Source of the DNA: an uncultured virus (IMG/VR IMGVR_UViG_3300033121_000366)
Taxonomy: Duplodnaviria > Heunggongvirae > Uroviricota > Caudoviricetes
Virus record (IMG/VR): IMGVR_UViG_3300033121_000366
Strand: one strand, 5' to 3'
Length of the DNA stretch: 20,000 nucleotides
Shown here: positions 14,581 to 20,000 of the stretch, in pieces
Layout of the letters: every line of letters begins with the position of its first letter
Position numbering within the stretch: position 1 is the first letter of the stretch
Notes under the pieces: model-generated
The model's database searches: none
The model's input: only the letters and a program-made list of their open reading frames with translations
Told to the model about the DNA's origin: nothing
Program-made: the position numbers and the translations under genes

Positions 14581-15188
14581 ACATTCAAAGAAAAACTATA
14601 ATCAATTTTATAAGTTAAATTTGGAACTGCTATATGGTTGATAAGATTAAATTCTAAAGCCCTTTCTGGTGTTAACCAAAAATCAACATTTTTTAATTTT
14701 TTAATCTTTTCTTTAAAGTATCCAGATTTTTGCCCACAGTTTTCATCTAATATTTTATATAATTGTGCATTAACTCTGTTTACTTCTTTCATAGAAGCCC
14801 CCATTTCATCTGCTTTTCCCATCAAAACACTAGATACATCATGTATCATTACAGATGAATTTGGCGTTATATATCTATAACCTTCGTGACCACATGATAA
14901 TAATATAGCCCCTGCGGAATATGCTTTACCACTACATATAGTCATTACTATTTTTTTAGATTCTTTTATGCAATCAATCATTGCAAATAATGAATAAATA
15001 TCACCACCATATGAATCTATTATAATAGGTATTATATTTTGTCCAGTATTCTCTGCCTCTTCAAACCTATCAAAAAAATCTTTACTTTTATCTTCTTCTA
15101 TATCATTCACTCTAATAGTAATAGGTTTTACTATAGATATATCATTTTCATTAATACTTAAATTATTACCTTCATATTTTATTAACAT
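14577..15188 (-). CDS. clpP: ClpP-family serine protease subunit
   Basis: IIDSYGGDI, GKAYSAGAILLSCG (catalytic Ser), VMIHD (His), DFWLTPERALEFNLI (Asp). Confidence 0.92.
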   Translation of the reverse strand: MLIKYEGNNLSINENDISIVKPITIRVNDIEEDKSKDFFDRFEEAENTGQNIIPIIIDSYGGDIYSLFAMIDCIKESKKIVMTICSGKAYSAGAILLSCGHEGYRYITPNSSVMIHDVSSVLMGKADEMGASMKEVNRVNAQLYKILDENCGQKSGYFKEKIKKLKNVDFWLTPERALEFNLINHIAVPNLTYKIDYSFSLNV

Positions 15189-15198
15189 TCGATATTCC

Positions 15199-16029
15199 TT
15201 AAATTGTTAAACTATTATCTAAAGATTCTTTAGAAAGCTTTATAAATTGATCATCTGGTATTTCATTATCCGAAAAATACATAGATAATCTTGCAGAAAA
15301 TTGACACAATTTACAAAAATTAATATTATCAGTATTTATTGATGAATTATAATCAACACCTATAAATCCTATTATATTTTCCATATCTGAATCCATGATT
15401 GGAGATATTATAAATGTATCAATACCCATATCTTCTAATTCTATTCTTGCTATACCCGCATAACTTAATTCTTTTACTTTTATAAGTAAAACCTTTACAG
15501 GATAATCTCCATTAGATGAATGACATACATCTTTTATATTTAAATCATAAACACCTACAGGATTTTTATCACCATTAACAGACCATAAAGATTTGAGATA
15601 ATCATCCCATATTAAACTTACCTCTTCTGCACCTTTTGTATTTCTTCTTTTTTGTGAAATACCAGGCTTAGATTTAGTGTAAGTATTTAACATTTTCCAG
15701 CTAGGATATTTATGTGTAAATTGTGTACCATTATGAAAATGATATACAAATGCTCTATCAGCATTTAATTCTATCCTTAATTCTGCTAAATCTGAATTAA
15801 CATGTGTTATAATAGTTCTTATATCTTTAGTTAATTTATGTTCTTCTTTATTCAATACCTTTTGTATAAAGGCAATAAGTCTTTTTGTTGTAAAATCTCC
15901 CAATAGTTTTATTAATATTAAGGTAATTCCTAAAATTATTAATATTGCTATAATAGTTAAAATGTTCCATGAAAATAATTGATATAAAACATCTGTTATT
16001 GAACTACTTGGTGTTGTACTTAAAAACAT
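15199..16029 (-). CDS. Single-pass membrane protein with a GAF-like soluble domain (possible T4 T-like holin)
   Basis: TM segment ILTIIAILIILGITLILIKLL; LRIELNADRAFVYHFHNG and PI...IIGFIGVDY are GAF-like strands. Confidence 0.55.
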   Translation of the reverse strand: MFLSTTPSSSITDVLYQLFSWNILTIIAILIILGITLILIKLLGDFTTKRLIAFIQKVLNKEEHKLTKDIRTIITHVNSDLAELRIELNADRAFVYHFHNGTQFTHKYPSWKMLNTYTKSKPGISQKRRNTKGAEEVSLIWDDYLKSLWSVNGDKNPVGVYDLNIKDVCHSSNGDYPVKVLLIKVKELSYAGIARIELEDMGIDTFIISPIMDSDMENIIGFIGVDYNSSINTDNINFCKLCQFSARLSMYFSDNEIPDDQFIKLSKESLDNSLTI

Positions 16030-16045
16030 GATTGATTGTTATTTT

Positions 16046-16318
16046 TTACCATTTATTTAATGGACATTTTTCAAAGTCCAATTTAGTTTTTATTTTAAGA
16101 TAACAACCACAAACGGAACACTTATCTTTTTTAATAAATAAAAAATTTTTAGAATCATCTATTTTTTCACATTTATTTTCTAATGTGTTACCCCTACAAA
16201 TATTTAATCTTTTTTTTATTTTATCAGAATCAGCTTTAAATTTATTCCTATTTTTAATAGTAAATAAAAATAATTTAAATGATTTTCTCAATGAATTTAT
16301 TTCTTTTTTCAAAAACAT
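16046..16318 (-). CDS. Small Cys-rich protein (DUF6171-like)
   Basis: KRLNIC...C...CSVCGCYLKIKT...CPLNKW. Confidence 0.7.
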   Translation of the reverse strand: MFLKKEINSLRKSFKLFLFTIKNRNKFKADSDKIKKRLNICRGNTLENKCEKIDDSKNFLFIKKDKCSVCGCYLKIKTKLDFEKCPLNKW

Positions 16319-16320
16319 TT

Positions 16321-16788
16321 TTAATCCAATGCATTTATAAAATATGAACCTTTAACATTACTTATAACCAATTTAAAATGTAATCTTCCTATTACATGAT
16401 AGTAAAAAACATCGGTTTGTGGATTTTCTTTTGAACCACCAACAATATGGCCTAAATTAAATTTATCATCAACATAATCATATAAGATTGCTTTACATTT
16501 ATCATCCCAATGTATACCATCAATAGATACAAATACTCTATAATCTAAAGAACCCTCACTGACAATTTGAAATGCCAATGTCGAAAATCTACCACCAGAA
16601 TTTAAATAATGAAATATACCCTCTTTATCATATACTATTGCTGCTATCTCACCATTTGCATTTTTAATTTCAGCACCTTTGATCTTATCACTTAAATCAG
16701 CTTTTATACCTTTTGGAGATAAAGAATCCTGTTGTAATTTTATATAATGTGTATGGTAAACAGAATCTTCGAATCTTGATGGTAGCAT
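16321..16788 (-). CDS. Hypothetical protein (155 aa, beta-rich)
   Basis: ORF coupled to the upstream kinase (TAATG overlap at 16788). Confidence 0.7.
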   Translation of the reverse strand: MLPSRFEDSVYHTHYIKLQQDSLSPKGIKADLSDKIKGAEIKNANGEIAAIVYDKEGIFHYLNSGGRFSTLAFQIVSEGSLDYRVFVSIDGIHWDDKCKAILYDYVDDKFNLGHIVGGSKENPQTDVFYYHVIGRLHFKLVISNVKGSYFINALD

Positions 16789-17342
16789 TAATTTTTTCCT
16801 TTAATTTTATTATATAATTCTTTTATTTTACATTCATAATCCTTTAGTGTACCATCATTATATATGATATAATCCCAATCTTTATAATCATCTAAAGATG
16901 TTTCACTCACATGGTTACTTAAATCTTTTATGTTAGGATTTATTACCCTAACTACTATACCACCATTTGATTTAATAGATTCAATCTCATTAGGAAACCT
17001 AACATCTGTAATTATCCATTTAGATGTTTGTTTAAAATCAACAAATAATGATTTTACCCAAACATCTTCATTTAATGAATCTCTAAATAATTCAGTACCT
17101 ATCTTCTGTTGAATTTCTCGTATCGTTAAATTCCATTCTGGGAGAAACTCTTCACAATAAGAACCATCATAAAATTTATATTCTGGTTTACCAGTTATAA
17201 TAGAACAAATAGTTTTTAATTTTCCTGCAAATTTTTTACATTCGTATATATTACCAGCAAAATTATTAAAAATTTCAAAAAATGTATCTTTACCCATTCT
17301 TTTACGAGCAGATACTCCTATTAAATTAATATTTGTAGACAT
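16788..17342 (-). CDS. Deoxynucleoside monophosphate kinase (T4 gp1-like)
   Basis: LIGVSARKRMGKDT P-loop, FAGKLK, REIQQKIGTE, WIITDVRFPNE and HVSE. Confidence 0.9.
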   Translation of the reverse strand: MSTNINLIGVSARKRMGKDTFFEIFNNFAGNIYECKKFAGKLKTICSIITGKPEYKFYDGSYCEEFLPEWNLTIREIQQKIGTELFRDSLNEDVWVKSLFVDFKQTSKWIITDVRFPNEIESIKSNGGIVVRVINPNIKDLSNHVSETSLDDYKDWDYIIYNDGTLKDYECKIKELYNKIKGKN

Positions 17343-17362
17343 ATTTGTAGATTTTTAAAAAA

Positions 17363-17575
17363 TTAAACAATGTTTTTTATATTTAAATTTTGTATACCAT
17401 TTAATTTAAAATATCTATATGCATCCAAAATATCAAAGCTTTTTTCATATAATGAATGAAAGTAATCTTTAATTAAGGGGTTATCTACGTAACCCCTTAA
17501 TATTTCATATTCATTTATATCAAATAAAGTTTTTAATAGGTTTTGTTCCCAATTGGTCCATGATATTTTATTCAT
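17363..17575 (-). CDS. Hypothetical protein (70 aa)
   Basis: Fills the operon gap; its start overlaps the upstream ORF stop (ATGAATAA). Confidence 0.6.
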   Translation of the reverse strand: MNKISWTNWEQNLLKTLFDINEYEILRGYVDNPLIKDYFHSLYEKSFDILDAYRYFKLNGIQNLNIKNIV

Positions 17576-17741
17576 TTATCAATTCACTTTCATCCAATTC
17601 TTGATCAAAATCTTGTGTTAATGATAACAATGTATCTGTTTGCGATAAAAATGGTAAATATTCATCACGATTAAAAGTATTTTTTTGAAGATAGTCTTCT
17701 TTGTCTATTTCAAATTCGTCTATTTCATTTATACTATTCAT
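17568..17741 (-). CDS. Small, highly acidic hypothetical protein (57 aa; not in the ORF track)
   Basis: Hand translation: MNSINEIDEFEIDKEDYLQKNTFNRDEYLPFLSQTDTLLSLTQDFDQELDESELINE*. It fills the gap between its neighbours. Confidence 0.65.
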   Translation of the reverse strand: MNSINEIDEFEIDKEDYLQKNTFNRDEYLPFLSQTDTLLSLTQDFDQELDESELINE

Positions 17742-17767
17742 ATAATTTTTGTTTATTTTTTATTAAT

Positions 17768-18052
17768 TTATTTTTGTAAATTTTTAACAAAATCAATAGG
17801 ATTAATTCCATTATTAAATGCAGTTATCATTTTTTCTTCTAGTGAATTATTATTATTTATATGATTTTTATATTCTAATATTTTAAAATCATATAATAAT
17901 TTAACCGTTTCATTTTTCCAATTATTATAATTATTTCTTAAATTTTTATAATAAATTTCTTTTTCTGAGTCGTTCCAATCTCTACCATCTGGAATATCCT
18001 TTTTATTTATAGGTTTTTTAGTTATTTTTACACCATTAAAAACTTCTTGCAT
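17768..18052 (-). CDS. Hypothetical protein (94 aa)
   Basis: ORF starts 2 nt after the phoH stop. Confidence 0.65.
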   Translation of the reverse strand: MQEVFNGVKITKKPINKKDIPDGRDWNDSEKEIYYKNLRNNYNNWKNETVKLLYDFKILEYKNHINNNNSLEEKMITAFNNGINPIDFVKNLQK

Positions 18053-18054
18053 AA

Positions 18055-18828
18055 TTATTGTTTTTTCTTTTTTGGAAATAAATCAGTATTTTTAGCTATT
18101 TCATATCTTTTAGTTATTTCAATTAATATTGAATGCCTCATTATATCATCTTCTGTAAACGTGAATACACCGACGCCTGGTATATCACCTATTAGTTTTG
18201 GTAAATAATCCAATGCAATATATTGCTTATCAATATCATATTGACTGATATCACCACAAATGATAATTTTAGAACCTTTACCCATTCTTGTAATAAACAT
18301 TATCAAACTTCTAATATCAGCATTCTGAAATTCATCACCAATTATTAAACAGTTTTCAAAACTTGCACCTCTCATAAATGCTAATGGTTTATTTTCAATA
18401 ATGCCATTTTTATAATTTCTATCTAATGTTGGGGCATCAATCATTTTTAAAAATGTACTTCTGTAACTCTCATAGTGTGGTGAAATTTTTTCATCTATTG
18501 TACCTGGTAAAAATCCTAAATTTTCACCGGCTTCTTGTACGGGTTTAGTTAAAATAATTTTTTCAAATTTATGTTCCTTCAAACAATTTAATGCATAGTA
18601 ACATGTTACAAACGTTTTTGCTGTACCACCAGGGCCATTAATTATAATTATATCATTTTCATCTATTAATTTTACTAATTGTTGTTGTTTTTCTGTTAAT
18701 TTTATATTATTTAAAGTTTTTGGTGATATTAATTTTTTCTTTTTTTCCAATTCTTCTTGTTTTGTTTTATTATCTACAGCATCGACATTTGGTATCATTG
18801 TCTTTTTTCTTCTTGTAGTTTTATTCAT
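18055..18828 (-). CDS. phoH: PhoH-family ATPase
   Basis: GPGGTAKT, LGFLPGTIDEK, PLAFMRGASF, DEFQN, TRMGKGSK, GDISQYD and RH motifs. Confidence 0.95.
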   Translation of the reverse strand: MNKTTRRKKTMIPNVDAVDNKTKQEELEKKKKLISPKTLNNIKLTEKQQQLVKLIDENDIIIINGPGGTAKTFVTCYYALNCLKEHKFEKIILTKPVQEAGENLGFLPGTIDEKISPHYESYRSTFLKMIDAPTLDRNYKNGIIENKPLAFMRGASFENCLIIGDEFQNADIRSLIMFITRMGKGSKIIICGDISQYDIDKQYIALDYLPKLIGDIPGVGVFTFTEDDIMRHSILIEITKRYEIAKNTDLFPKKKKQ

Positions 18829-18881
18829 AATATTTATTTTTTTTAACTAAACATATTGATTTATATATTTATATTCTAAAA

Positions 18882-20000
18882 TTACATTTTATACATATAT
18901 GCATCTCTTATTTCTATATAAGTTTCCATATCAGCTAATGACCATTGCCAAGTTATACCTATATCTTTAGTAACTGTAAAATTAGGATTTACTATTCTAA
19001 CTGTACTAAAACTATCAGTTGTTATAGCAGCTGTTGTTAAACTTGTACTAGTTGCTGGTATAGAATCTGATGATGTAAATAATAATAAATCTGAACCATC
19101 TCTATAAGCAACTAATCCTCTTACTGTATAACCTATTGTTGGACTTGATGTTACTGATGCCGAATTTAATAATGTTATAGTATCAGAACCATAATAAAAT
19201 TTTATAGTTACAGTTACAGTACTTCCGGAAAAATTTCTATGTTTTGCATTAAATCCCATAGCTATAAATTCACCAGATTGCCAAGAATTACCTGTAATTG
19301 ATTGAAATATTAAACTATCTTCTGATGTACTATTTTGAGAACCACCAAGCATGGTGAATGTATATTTTGTAATAACACTCGTACCACTTGTACCAGATGA
19401 TCCAGAAGAACCTGATGTGCCAGAACTACCAGAAAAGCCACTCGAACCACTTGAACCACTTGAACCACTTGAACCACTTGAACCACTTAAACCAGGTACT
19501 CCTTGTGGACCATTTGTTCCACTTGTACCAGAACTACCATGAGTTGATCCAGAAGAACCTGACGTTCCATGTAATCCTTGTATTCCATTTGTTCCACTTG
19601 TTCCACTTGTACCTGAACTACCATCAGTTGATCCAGAAGAACCCGAAGTACCTGAGCTACCAGAAGAACCATCAATACCTTTTGATCCACTTGTACCTGA
19701 ACTACCAGAAGAACCACTTAAACCGGATGTACCAGAAGTTCCTGCTGTACCTGAACTACCAGAAGAACCATCGATACCTGGTACACCATTTGTACCTGAA
19801 GTTCCTGCTGTACCAGAACTACCAGAAGAACCATCAATACCTTTTGATCCACTTGTACCTGAACTACCAGAAGAACCATCTGTTCCAGAGGTTCCACTTG
19901 TACCTGTAATTCCAGATGAACCACTTGGACCAGTTGGACCAGTTGGGGCATATATTAATGGTCCAGTTGGTCCAGTTGGTCCAATTATACCAGGTGTACC
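18882..20000 (-). CDS. Collagen-like Gly-X-Y (Ser/Thr-rich) fibre protein, 3' part; starts outside the window
   Basis: The frame of ORF 18882-19352 continues upstream to the edge: GTPGIIGPTGPTGP...GSSGITGTSGTSGTDGSSGSSGTSG...GTSVITKYTFTMLGG, then a beta-rich C-terminal domain. Confidence 0.85.
   Translation of the reverse strand, partial: GTPGIIGPTGPTGPLIYAPTGPTGPSGSSGITGTSGTSGTDGSSGSSGTSGSKGIDGSSGSSGTAGTSGTNGVPGIDGSSGSSGTAGTSGTSGLSGSSGSSGTSGSKGIDGSSGSSGTSGSSGSTDGSSGTSGTSGTNGIQGLHGTSGSSGSTHGSSGTSGTNGPQGVPGLSGSSGSSGSSGSSGSSGFSGSSGTSGSSGSSGTSGTSVITKYTFTMLGGSQNSTSEDSLIFQSITGNSWQSGEFIAMGFNAKHRNFSGSTVTVTIKFYYGSDTITLLNSASVTSSPTIGYTVRGLVAYRDGSDLLLFTSSDSIPATSTSLTTAAITTDSFSTVRIVNPNFTVTKDIGITWQWSLADMETYIEIRDAYMYKM
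19383..20000 (-). repeat. Gly-X-Y coding repeat tract
   Basis: 9-bp periodicity; GAACCACTT x5 at 19444-19488; identical 60-bp blocks at 19657-19716 and 19819-19878. Confidence 0.9.

Noticed and set aside
1866..17112. Short antisense or nested ORFs (1866-2060, 4836-5090, 7842-8126, 10492-10692, 10774-10959, 11947-12165, 12744-13103, 13458-13670, 13643-13912, 14638-14880, 16930-17112)
   Set aside because: They lie wholly or largely within well-supported genes and have no recognisable motifs.
18055..18828. Inactive PhoH because the P-loop reads GPGGTAKT
   Set aside because: The Lys-Thr and all other PhoH motifs are retained; one Gly-to-Ala change is not enough evidence.
19351..19951. ORFs 19351-19542, 19388-19909, 19487-19717 and 19718-19951
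   Set aside because: Shadow frames of the Gly-X-Y repeat; the real frame is the minus-strand one continuous with 18882-19352.
1..20000. tRNA, rRNA or large ncRNA genes
   Set aside because: No intergenic gap over about 100 nt and no cloverleaf or T-loop signature seen by eye.

Overview
A very AT-rich, gene-dense segment, almost all on the minus strand, that looks like the DNA replication/recombination module of a large T4-like or jumbo phage. It encodes a RecA/UvsX recombinase, a family B DNA polymerase fragment, a probable sliding clamp, type IIA topoisomerase A and B subunits, ClpP, a dNMP kinase, PhoH, an RlmN-like radical SAM protein and the 3' end of a Gly-X-Y (GSS/GTS) repeat fibre gene. 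The main finding is two fractured genes within about 7 kb, each broken into two ORFs carrying the halves of a split intein, with a free-standing Vsr-like/PD-(D/E)xK endonuclease ORF between them. (1) recA/uvsX is split inside the Walker A motif by an atypically split intein: a 26-aa IntN, an IntC of about 164 aa and Thr+1. The C half is missing from the supplied ORF track. (2) polB is split at YGDTD|S by a Ser1/Ser+1 intein (119-aa IntN, 44-aa IntC), and its N-terminal exonuclease half is not in the window. Both endonuclease ORFs have a hairpin over or next to the translation start. A third, repeat-rich endonuclease lies on the opposite strand. All functional calls come from motif recognition by eye; no searches were run.
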